Shown: positions 19,358 through 27,398 of the stretch, in pieces
Numbering within the stretch: the stretch's first letter is position 1
Layout of the letters: each line of letters starts with the position of its first letter
Assembly: GCA_014297435.1 (NCBI GenBank)
Contig: JACOQA010000002.1
Location: 160,001-224,000 of the forward strand
Reading direction: 5' to 3'
Source: Candidatus Nanohaloarchaea archaeon
GTDB lineage: Archaea; Nanohalarchaeota; Nanosalinia; Nanosalinales; Nanosalinaceae
Length of the DNA: 64,000 nt
The notes under the pieces: model-generated
What the model was told of the DNA's origin: nothing
Seen by the model: only the letters and a program-made list of their open reading frames with translations
The model's database searches: none
Made by a program: the position numbers and the translations under genes

Positions 19358-20122
19358 ATGAAAGTATTCGGAATTGACGCCGCGACATGGGACATGATAA
19401 AACCACATAGAGACGAACTACCCAACTTCGACCGTTTAATGGAAGAATGTGACTACAAAACCGTTACGGTCGAGGAAACACCTAAATCCGCGCCGCTCTG
19501 GACATCAATCTTCACAGGTTTAAGACAGAGCGAACACGGACACAAAGACTTCGTGGTGGACGAAGAACTCCAGAAAAGAGAGGATATCGACGGAACATTC
19601 GTATGGGAAGAACTGGAAAACGTTGACTCCAAAATCCTGCAGGTTCCTGCGGTCATTCCGCCAATCAACTACAACACAAGTTACGAACCGGAAGGTTTCG
19701 GAGTCTCAAGTGACCTAGAAGAACTAGAAGCAGACAGAAAGAAACTGATGCAAAAATCGAAGGAAGTACTCGAAGAAGATCCAGAATTTTTCGCTGTAGT
19801 TTTCATGCAGCTCGACAGGGTAAGCCATTTCTACTGGAACGACAAAGAACTGATCCTCGAATGGTACAAGAAAATGGACGAAGTACTCGGCGAACTGCTT
19901 GAGTACTACGACTTTGACTCGGATGAACCGTTGATCGTTCTTTCAGACCACGGGTTCGCCGAGCACGGCGAAGGAAGAGTACAGACTTTACCTGAGGAAA
20001 CACCTCACGGAACCTTGGAAGGCGATCACCATGAAGATGCGGTTTTAATCACGAAAAACGTTGACTTTGAAATCGATCAACCTGAGGACGTCGGAAAGGC
20101 GATCCTCAATCACTTCAACTAA
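19358..20122 (+). CDS. AlkP-superfamily protein
   Basis: FGIDAA, SAPLWTSIFTG, LDRVSH, SDHGF, GDH. Confidence 0.85.
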   Translation: MKVFGIDAATWDMIKPHRDELPNFDRLMEECDYKTVTVEETPKSAPLWTSIFTGLRQSEHGHKDFVVDEELQKREDIDGTFVWEELENVDSKILQVPAVIPPINYNTSYEPEGFGVSSDLEELEADRKKLMQKSKEVLEEDPEFFAVVFMQLDRVSHFYWNDKELILEWYKKMDEVLGELLEYYDFDSDEPLIVLSDHGFAEHGEGRVQTLPEETPHGTLEGDHHEDAVLITKNVDFEIDQPEDVGKAILNHFN

Positions 20123-20145
20123 TCTTTCAAAGAGGTATCACCACT

Positions 20146-21063
20146 ATGACACTTGAAGCACCTGTAACAAGAGAAGAAATTGAAAACGCGCCTACAAAAG
20201 CTAAAATAAGGGCTGGAGAAGAAGTTGTCAAGAAAGCCCTAGAAAAATACGACACCGAAAACGTAGTAATCGGTTTCACAGGAGGAAAAGACTCCACATT
20301 AACCGCATGGCTCGTCAAACGTGTCTGCGAGGAACACGGCTTTGATAAGCCACGTTTCATGTTCGTAGATCACGGCCAGCACTTCGACGAACTTGAAGAC
20401 TACGTCAACCGGTTAGCGGACGACTGGGGGTTCGACGTAATGGTGGCGAAGAACGAAGACTTGATCGAAAAAGCAGAAAACCCTGGAGACAAGGTTCCTG
20501 TCGCAGAACTTAACGAAAGAAACCAGAGGGAAGCAGAACGGGTCGGAGACTACGAAGAAGTGCCTTGGTTGATGGATACCGAAGCCGGAAACCATCTTCT
20601 CAAGACCGTTCCTATGAACGAACTGCTCGAGAACCATAACATAAAGGCCGTGATTAACGGAGTTCGATGGGACGAACACGAATCTAGAGGCGACGAGGAC
20701 TTCTACAGTCCTAGAAACGATCCGGACCACATCAGAGTCCACCCGATCCTTCAACTGGATGAGAGGGATGTCTGGGATGTTTCCTGGTTCCACATGGTTC
20801 CCGATGTAACAGGCATCGACATAGAAGAGTATCCGGAGACCGAAGAGGACTTACCGGAAGGACTGTCGAAAGACAGCGTTCCAATAAGTCCGAAGTACTG
20901 GGCAGGGTTCAGAAGCCTTGGATCAGAAGTTTCGACAGAGAAAAGCGAGGAAGAACCGGCTTGGTTACAGGATGTCGAGAACACGAAGGAAAGAGCTGGC
21001 AGAGCCCAGAACAAGGACGATAAAGAGATCATGGATAAGCTTAGAGAATTGGGTTACATGTAG
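20146..21063 (+). CDS. PAPS-reductase-family protein, CysD (sulfate adenylyltransferase subunit 2)-like
   Basis: PP-loop FTGGKDS, GVRWDEHESR, RVHPIL, FRSLG, ERAGRAQ...GYM. It lacks the C-terminal ECG(L/I)H of reductases and matches the CysD ER-GR...GYF tail. Confidence 0.82.
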   Translation: MTLEAPVTREEIENAPTKAKIRAGEEVVKKALEKYDTENVVIGFTGGKDSTLTAWLVKRVCEEHGFDKPRFMFVDHGQHFDELEDYVNRLADDWGFDVMVAKNEDLIEKAENPGDKVPVAELNERNQREAERVGDYEEVPWLMDTEAGNHLLKTVPMNELLENHNIKAVINGVRWDEHESRGDEDFYSPRNDPDHIRVHPILQLDERDVWDVSWFHMVPDVTGIDIEEYPETEEDLPEGLSKDSVPISPKYWAGFRSLGSEVSTEKSEEEPAWLQDVENTKERAGRAQNKDDKEIMDKLRELGYM

Positions 21064-21072
21064 AGTTGTGAA

Positions 21073-21120
21073 TACTTTCTTTCACAACATTTCTTTTTCC
21101 TTTTTTAACTGTATTTTTCC
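21073..21120 (+). terminator. Pyrimidine/T-rich archaeal terminator-like tract
   Basis: tactttctttcacaacatttctttttccttttttaactgtatttttcc just after the stop of the CysD-like gene. Confidence 0.5.
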
Positions 21121-21132
21121 AAACTAAGAAAC

Positions 21133-22047
21133 GTGAAATTAAAACTTGTCGCGTTTTTAGCCCTAGTAGTTGTAGCTTCAGGCTGCCTGGGATCTTCACA
21201 GACCCCAGAACAAAAACTTGAATCTCTAACCTCCAAAGCCAACAGTTCCACATACCATATTACCTATGCGGCGGAGCTTGGAGGTTCCGAAGCACTCTCA
21301 GGTTTAATTGGAAGCCCTGAGATCTACAGCCTGAACGGAGACACTAAACACTTAACCACTACAAATCTGCTTGGTTCCGAAACTACTTCGGCAACATACA
21401 AGAAGAATGGGATGACTGTACGCTGTACAGACTCTGCTTTAGGTCTTTCAGAAGGCATAAGCTGTAGCAAAAGCTCTTCTTCCACAACCGCCTCGAGACC
21501 TTCAGAGATGCTGGAAAACGTTCCCAAAATTGCAGTAAACGAGACCGGCACAAGAACTATAGCCGGAAGAGAATGTTCTAACTTCGAACTCAGGGCATCG
21601 GAAAACACCACGACCTACACAGAAGATGTCAACGGCACTATGAACCTCTGTGTCGATAACCAGAAAGGCTACATCGCATCCATGGGGATAAACATCACAA
21701 CAAGCACTGAGCTGAACACTGAAAGGACAAGAAACGCTCTCAGAATGTACGTCAAAGAGTACGATGACGAAGTAAGTCCTGAAGACCTCGAAATCCCTGT
21801 AAATACTTTGGTCTCTCTGAGCTGTGATCCTTTCCACGCAAACATCACTTCTCTAGGTTACACGGGAGAAGCCCAAGTCGAACTTGCCGGAAATAACCAG
21901 ACAGTCAACCTCGAAGAAGGCGAGGAGAGAAGGTTGGACTTTAAGACGTCAAAAAGAAGCAACTACAATACCAAAGTGACTGTTTACGCGGGAGGGAAAG
22001 CCAGTTCGGACAGCTGTACTAACGTAGGAGGCTTCCTGAACCAGTAG
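21133..22047 (+). CDS. Secreted lipoprotein, Cys-containing, many N-glycosylation sequons
   Basis: LALVVVASG|C lipobox; sequons NSS, NET, NTT, NGT, NIT, NQT. Confidence 0.8.
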   Translation: MKLKLVAFLALVVVASGCLGSSQTPEQKLESLTSKANSSTYHITYAAELGGSEALSGLIGSPEIYSLNGDTKHLTTTNLLGSETTSATYKKNGMTVRCTDSALGLSEGISCSKSSSSTTASRPSEMLENVPKIAVNETGTRTIAGRECSNFELRASENTTTYTEDVNGTMNLCVDNQKGYIASMGINITTSTELNTERTRNALRMYVKEYDDEVSPEDLEIPVNTLVSLSCDPFHANITSLGYTGEAQVELAGNNQTVNLEEGEERRLDFKTSKRSNYNTKVTVYAGGKASSDSCTNVGGFLNQ

Positions 22048-22065
22048 ACTCTCCTTCTTCATTCC

Positions 22066-22962
22066 TTATTTCAGATCTTTTACAGTTTCTCTGATAGCTT
22101 CTTCAGAATTCATGGATGGCTTCCAGCCGGTTTCTTTCAGTTTCTGAATATCAAGCCTCATCTCCGGAACATCCCCGTCCCAACCCTTTCTACCTCCCGT
22201 ATAGCTAAAATCAGGATCGAGATCCATCTCGTCCGAAACAACTTCTGCAATCCTTGTAACATCAATAGCATCCTCATTACCGATATTAAAAACAGTTTCT
22301 TCACTCTCCCAGGCTGCGATAATTCCTTCCACGGTATCTTCGACGTGTATATACGATTTTTTCTGTCTACCGTCACCCAGTATTTCAAGCTCTTCAGGAT
22401 CCTCTTTCAGTTTCTGAACAAAGTCGTAGGTAACTCCTTTTTCAGCTCTTCCACCTACAATATTTGCCAGCCTTACTATAGTCAAGTCTAAGCCAAGTAT
22501 CTGCTGATAAACTTGGCACATGTGTTCTCCCCCAGCCTTTGTGGCGCCGTACATCGAGATAGGGTCGAAATTAGCGGTCTCAGGCGTAGGTATCTCACAG
22601 TCCTCGCCGTAAATAACAGATGAAGAAGTAAATACTAGCTTTTCCACATTAGATTCCTGGCATGCATCAAGCACAGCCTTTGTTCCTTCAAAGTTTTCCT
22701 CAAAATCTTTGTCGCGGTCATCCGGAAAAGTATTGACTTTGGGGTTAGCAGCTAGATGTAAAACAGCGTCAAAACCTCTAAACACTTCTCTAAGCTTAGA
22801 AGTGTTCTTTATGTCTACCTCCAAAAAATCTGCGTTTTCAGGTATCAATTCTTTTTTCCCGGAGGAGAGATTATCTACAACAGTTACTTCGTGTTTTTCC
22901 AAAAGTTTCTCTGTAAGATGTGATCCTATAAATCCTGCTCCGCCGGTAACCGCTACGTTCAT
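22066..22962 (-). CDS. NAD-dependent nucleotide-sugar epimerase/dehydratase
   Basis: TGGAGFIG, HLAA, TSSS, YGATK. Confidence 0.93.
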   Translation of the reverse strand: MNVAVTGGAGFIGSHLTEKLLEKHEVTVVDNLSSGKKELIPENADFLEVDIKNTSKLREVFRGFDAVLHLAANPKVNTFPDDRDKDFEENFEGTKAVLDACQESNVEKLVFTSSSVIYGEDCEIPTPETANFDPISMYGATKAGGEHMCQVYQQILGLDLTIVRLANIVGGRAEKGVTYDFVQKLKEDPEELEILGDGRQKKSYIHVEDTVEGIIAAWESEETVFNIGNEDAIDVTRIAEVVSDEMDLDPDFSYTGGRKGWDGDVPEMRLDIQKLKETGWKPSMNSEEAIRETVKDLK

Positions 22963-23017
22963 ACTAAGAATCTTTTGTCCCTAGACGGTTTAAAATCTGC
23001 TCGACCAGTAAAGAATA

Positions 23018-23758
23018 ATGGCTAAGAAACGTGTCTCTTTAACCCTTGAGGAAGAGATGGTGGAGAAAATAGATGCCGAGGCTGAGGAAAGAGAGTTGAA
23101 CAGGTCGCAGACGGTTGAAGAGATAGCGGAGAAGTACTTTGGTGAAAGAGGTATAGATACAGCGGTTGTTTTCTGCGGAGATCCTGAAGCCAAAAGCCTC
23201 GAACTACATAACGGCAAGCCAGTACTATCACATATACTTGACCATCTTGCCGAGGAAGGTATCAACAGAGCTATACTTCTTTCAGGGAAGAATAAAGAGA
23301 TTGAGGAAAGCTTCGGGTCAGAATACAGTGGTTTAGCGCTTGAATATATTGAGGATGAGCCAGAGGGCACGGCTGCAGCCTTGAAGAAAGTTGAAGGTAA
23401 GGTCGATGGCGAGTTCGCTGCTTTGAACGGTCATGTTATCGCGGATGTAGATATGGATGAAATGTTAAGGTTTCACAGAGAGGAGAGCTCTGTTGCAACG
23501 ATCGCATTGACCTCTGTAGAGGATCCTTCGAGCTACGGTGTTGCAAGATTAAAAGGCAGGAAGGTTCTTGGTTTTGTTGAAAAACCAGAAGATGGCGAGG
23601 AACCTTCGCGTTTGATAAACGCCGGCACCTATATTTTCGGATCGGAGATCTTCTCTATGCTGGAAGAGGAAAGTATAGAGACTGTTTTCAAGAACTTAGC
23701 GGATCAAAAACAGCTTTCAGGTTATATTTACGGTGGAAAGTGGCGTAACTGGGATTAG
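23018..23758 (+). CDS. RHH domain fused to a degenerate sugar-phosphate nucleotidyltransferase domain
   Basis: KKRVSLTLEEEM...LNRSQTVE (RHH); GTAAAL, YGVA, FVEKP, INAGTYIF retained; GxGxR loop and NGD Asp lost. Confidence 0.8.
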   Translation: MAKKRVSLTLEEEMVEKIDAEAEERELNRSQTVEEIAEKYFGERGIDTAVVFCGDPEAKSLELHNGKPVLSHILDHLAEEGINRAILLSGKNKEIEESFGSEYSGLALEYIEDEPEGTAAALKKVEGKVDGEFAALNGHVIADVDMDEMLRFHREESSVATIALTSVEDPSSYGVARLKGRKVLGFVEKPEDGEEPSRLINAGTYIFGSEIFSMLEEESIETVFKNLADQKQLSGYIYGGKWRNWD

Positions 23759-24180
23759 ATTGTTCTTATCAGCTTCCTCTCTATCCTCATGGCTTCCTCG
23801 GATACGAGTTCTTCTACAAGCATTCCCAGGTTGTAGAGGAGTGATGCAGCTATTCCTATAGCCAGGTGTGCTTTTACAGGTTCTAGTGCATTAAGTTGGA
23901 AGGCTGCTATTATTGGCACGAGAGCCGCAACATAATGAATCATGCTTAGAATTACTATATCGTTCTCCTGGTAGTTTGGTGTTCCTAATGCTTTCCTGTA
24001 TGCTATGATGGAGAGTATCCCAAATCCCAAGACTGCTCCAAAACCGTAAGAAACAGCTTCCAAAAGTGTTGGCAGTCCGTGAGCTTTGATTAATGCGGCT
24101 CCGGATCCCCAAAAGGCTATTGTGAATCCATAAGCTCTTGACTCCTTTGCAAGGGTTGCTCTGAGGAAGCTTTTTCTCAT
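23755..24180 (-). CDS. Small membrane protein (4 TM)
   Basis: Hydrophobic segments; ATG 24180 (MRKSFLR). Confidence 0.75.
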   Translation of the reverse strand: MRKSFLRATLAKESRAYGFTIAFWGSGAALIKAHGLPTLLEAVSYGFGAVLGFGILSIIAYRKALGTPNYQENDIVILSMIHYVAALVPIIAAFQLNALEPVKAHLAIGIAASLLYNLGMLVEELVSEEAMRIERKLIRTI

Positions 24181-24243
24181 AATGATTGTTTCTCTACGCT
24201 CATTTAAAGAAATTTTATAAACGATATCGTAATACATCGTAAT

Positions 24244-24906
24244 ATGGGTGCTGTAGGGGCCCGAAAAGTAGACGGAAAATACAGAAAGCAGCTATGGGGG
24301 CAGATAGGCGTAGAGGACGAACACACTGAAGAAGATCCTCATCCCGTAGCAAAATATCTTGAACAAGCAGAAGCTGTAGATAGAGGCTACGCTCTTCCCG
24401 AGGCAGAAGAAGTTCTTCAGCCAAACCAAAGGGATGACTACTGTTGTAATGCCGATAGAATAGATAAAAAACCGCACAGCGCCCGTGAAAGGATATGGTG
24501 GAGAAACAACGAAGGCGACTACGTAGTTGAGACTGTGAACATGAAAGGTCACGAATACAGGGACATGGCGGTATACAGACAGCATGGAGTAATACCTACA
24601 GAAAATTCTGAGTGGGATGAAGCTGTAGAACATCTGTTCTCCAGAGCAGCTTTACAGGTAAGAAACGACCCGGAAGTATCAAACGATCTAGCACTGTTCG
24701 TAGGATTGAATGATATACCAAACCATCATCACATAGTAGTTTCGGATATCGATGGAGGACAAGGAGAAACGCTAAGCGATTTAGAGCAGATCGATAATTT
24801 CGCACTATACGATCTTTCCGGAGACGAGTATTCGATCGAAAAACCCGATTATTTCGAGATCGGCGATAAAAGAGGAGAGATCGGGCTTGAACCCTACATA
24901 ACATAG
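24244..24906 (+). CDS. Hypothetical protein
   Basis: 220-aa acidic ORF with TTTTATAA upstream. Confidence 0.7.
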   Translation: MGAVGARKVDGKYRKQLWGQIGVEDEHTEEDPHPVAKYLEQAEAVDRGYALPEAEEVLQPNQRDDYCCNADRIDKKPHSARERIWWRNNEGDYVVETVNMKGHEYRDMAVYRQHGVIPTENSEWDEAVEHLFSRAALQVRNDPEVSNDLALFVGLNDIPNHHHIVVSDIDGGQGETLSDLEQIDNFALYDLSGDEYSIEKPDYFEIGDKRGEIGLEPYIT

Positions 24907-24956
24907 AGTGAAAAACGTAACCAAACCACATACTAGAATAGAGGCTTACAAAATAT

Positions 24957-25898
24957 ATGGAACGAGCACTAATTACTGGAGGAGCAGGATTTATAGGTTC
25001 AAACATCGCAGAACTACTTGTCGAGGAAGGTTGTGAGGTCGTTGTACTTGACAGCCTTTACTTAGGTTCTGAAAACAATCTTTCTGAGATAGAGGACGAG
25101 GTCGAGTTCGTAGAAGGATCAGTAATAGATACTGAGACAGTTAAAGAAGCAATAAAGGGTTGTGATGTGGTTTTCCATCAGGCTGCAAGATCAAGTTCGC
25201 CTATGCACAAGGAAGATGCGGCAGAAGGAGCAAGGATAAACGTCGAAGGCTTCGTTAACGTAGTAGAGGCTGCGAAAGACGAGGAAGTAGAGAAAATTGT
25301 TTACGCCTCTACGAGTTCGATGTATGGTAGTGTCGAACCGCCGCACAAAGAGGACACGGGAGAATATCCAACAAACCTTTACACGGCTTCAAAGATGTCT
25401 AGAGAGCTTTACGCCACGGTATACTCCCAACAAACAGATATTAACTTTACAGGTCTCAGGTACTTCTCGGTCTACGGACCTCACGAAAAAGCGAAGGACA
25501 AGTATGCCAACGTCCTGACCCAGTTCATGTGGAAGATGCTTGAAGGAGAAAGGCCTGTCATATGGGGAGACGGAACCCAGACAAGAGACTTCACGTTCGT
25601 CAAGGACATCGCAAGAGCCAACCTCTTGGCCGCAGAGAACAAGAGCGAAGAAGTCAACGGCGAATACTTCAACATCGGAACAGGAAGAGATGTCTCATTC
25701 AACACTTTAGTAGAAAAATTGAACGAGACATTAGGAACTGAGATAGAGCCAAAACACATCGAACACCCAAGAGACAACCCCGTGATGGCTACAAAAGCCG
25801 ATTACTCCAGAGCAAAAGAAAAACTGGGCTACGAACCGGAGTACAGCTTTGAAGAAGGCTTGAAAGAGACCGCGGAGTTCTACCAGGAAAACAGATAA
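24957..25898 (+). CDS. NAD-dependent nucleotide-sugar epimerase/dehydratase
   Basis: TGGAGFIG, HQAA, YTASK, RYFSVYGP, GDGTQTRDF. Confidence 0.94.
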   Translation: MERALITGGAGFIGSNIAELLVEEGCEVVVLDSLYLGSENNLSEIEDEVEFVEGSVIDTETVKEAIKGCDVVFHQAARSSSPMHKEDAAEGARINVEGFVNVVEAAKDEEVEKIVYASTSSMYGSVEPPHKEDTGEYPTNLYTASKMSRELYATVYSQQTDINFTGLRYFSVYGPHEKAKDKYANVLTQFMWKMLEGERPVIWGDGTQTRDFTFVKDIARANLLAAENKSEEVNGEYFNIGTGRDVSFNTLVEKLNETLGTEIEPKHIEHPRDNPVMATKADYSRAKEKLGYEPEYSFEEGLKETAEFYQENR

Positions 25899-25935
25899 GA
25901 GTCTTAACTAGGAAATATCCACAGGTGTCTTGAAA

Positions 25936-26304
25936 ATGGGACGTATCGAAAAGCCCTGGGGATACGAAGACCAGGTCTTAATGACACAGGTAGACGTCGG
26001 AGAAAAACAGGGAATGCTCGGCATGAGAAAGCTCGCGATCAACGCGGACGAAATGACCTCTTACGCCAAACACGAGGAACAGGCAGACATTATCTATCTC
26101 GAGAAAGGCGAAGTAACGATCAGAAAGGACGGAGACCTCATTGAACTTGAGAAAGGAAACGCAGTTGTAATAAGATCGGGAGAAAAGCACCAGCTCCAGA
26201 ACATAGGAACCGATGTAGCTGAAGTTCTCGAAATATCCTTCCCGTACAGACCAGAGGATATTGAAAGGATAGAGGATCCTTACAATGATGAAAGAGAGGG
26301 TTAG
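25936..26304 (+). CDS. Cupin protein, mannose-6-phosphate isomerase type II C-terminal-like
   Basis: EKPWG, cupin H...H, DIERIEDPY. Confidence 0.8.
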   Translation: MGRIEKPWGYEDQVLMTQVDVGEKQGMLGMRKLAINADEMTSYAKHEEQADIIYLEKGEVTIRKDGDLIELEKGNAVVIRSGEKHQLQNIGTDVAEVLEISFPYRPEDIERIEDPYNDEREG

Positions 26305-27398
26305 AGGAAGAGAACAAACCCTATAATTATTACAACCACTTCAACGGAGGTAAGGATCAGTGTTATCTGTTTCTCCGTAAATCCTCTTTTCATTAATGGA
26401 ATTGTAAGGCTGTAATTCTTCGGATGTTGGGGTTCTAGTTTGCCGTTTTCTTTCAGAGTTCCCCAGGAATGGGAGTTAAACCCACTTCTCGCACTAAGCA
26501 AGAACTCAGCGTACCAAGGCGCGAATATGAAAGCTCCGAACTTCTCGATATTTCCCACGACCATGGACGCGAAGAGAACTGCACCAGCCAAGTAAGTTAA
26601 AGAGTCTCCGGGAAGTATCGAAGCCGGATAAAAATTGTACCAAAGGAACGCGAGCAGACATGACGAAGCAGATAAAGCTATCAAAGCTGCTTCCATTCGA
26701 CCGTTAGACAAAGCGAAAACACCTAGCCCGAGACTAGCTACCAGACTCATTGCAGCCGACAAACCGTTCATACCCGCCAGCATGTTCACAACGTTCGAAA
26801 CGAACAGAAGTCCTAAAGGTAGGAGAACTAGTGGGTAGAGCAGACCCCAGTTCACTACACCAATTAAAGGAAGGCTCATCTCCCATGAACCAGCACCTAC
26901 CGCAATCAAAGGAAGTGCGGCCGGTAAGACGAAAAGCATCTTGGGTATCTGCGAGAGCCCGGTTCTATGGATCATCGAATCATCCTTATCATTAGAAAAA
27001 CGGAGAATAAAGCGTTCGATAAAGTGTGTTTTCTCGGTCTCAAGCTCTATCTCAACCTCCTCCTCAACATGTTCGGTTATCAGCTTCTGCAGATCGATAT
27101 GAATATCATCTATCAAGCCAATTAATGCGATAATAGTTACTGAGTTCAGAGCTGCGAGTACAAGCGCCAGGTTGATACTTCTAGAACCGAAAAGCTGGTT
27201 CAAACCGATAAAGCTTGTGACGGCTACAATAAAACCGAAGAGAACAACCAATCCGCCTGAAGTCGGTATCTTCGGTCTATTATTCTTCTGCTGGTCTATT
27301 CCATAAATCCCTGAAGACATCAAGTACTTTTTCGCCGCAGGAACTCCAACAAAAACTGTAAAGAAACCGAGAAGGGAAGAAAGGAGTAGGAACCTCAT
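26301..27398 (-). CDS. aglH: UDP-GlcNAc:polyprenyl-phosphate GlcNAc-1-P transferase (AglH/Alg7, MraY family)
   Basis: IPTSGG, GLIDD, NMLAGMNGL, NFYPASILPGDS; ~10 TM. Confidence 0.88.
   Translation of the reverse strand: MRFLLLSSLLGFFTVFVGVPAAKKYLMSSGIYGIDQQKNNRPKIPTSGGLVVLFGFIVAVTSFIGLNQLFGSRSINLALVLAALNSVTIIALIGLIDDIHIDLQKLITEHVEEEVEIELETEKTHFIERFILRFSNDKDDSMIHRTGLSQIPKMLFVLPAALPLIAVGAGSWEMSLPLIGVVNWGLLYPLVLLPLGLLFVSNVVNMLAGMNGLSAAMSLVASLGLGVFALSNGRMEAALIALSASSCLLAFLWYNFYPASILPGDSLTYLAGAVLFASMVVGNIEKFGAFIFAPWYAEFLLSARSGFNSHSWGTLKENGKLEPQHPKNYSLTIPLMKRGFTEKQITLILTSVEVVVIIIGFVLFL

Noticed and set aside
8943-20122. Calling the AlkP proteins arylsulfatases
   Set aside because: No [CS]xPxR formylglycine motif and no maturase gene in the window.
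20146-21063. PAPS/APS reductase (cysH) for sulfate assimilation
   Set aside because: Lacks the C-terminal ECG(L/I)H and Fe-S cysteines; no sulfite reductase nearby; the tail is CysD-like.
24221-24244. Palindrome ACGATATCGT and tandem ATCGTAATA repeat
   Set aside because: Short, single occurrence and no linked regulator; could be chance.
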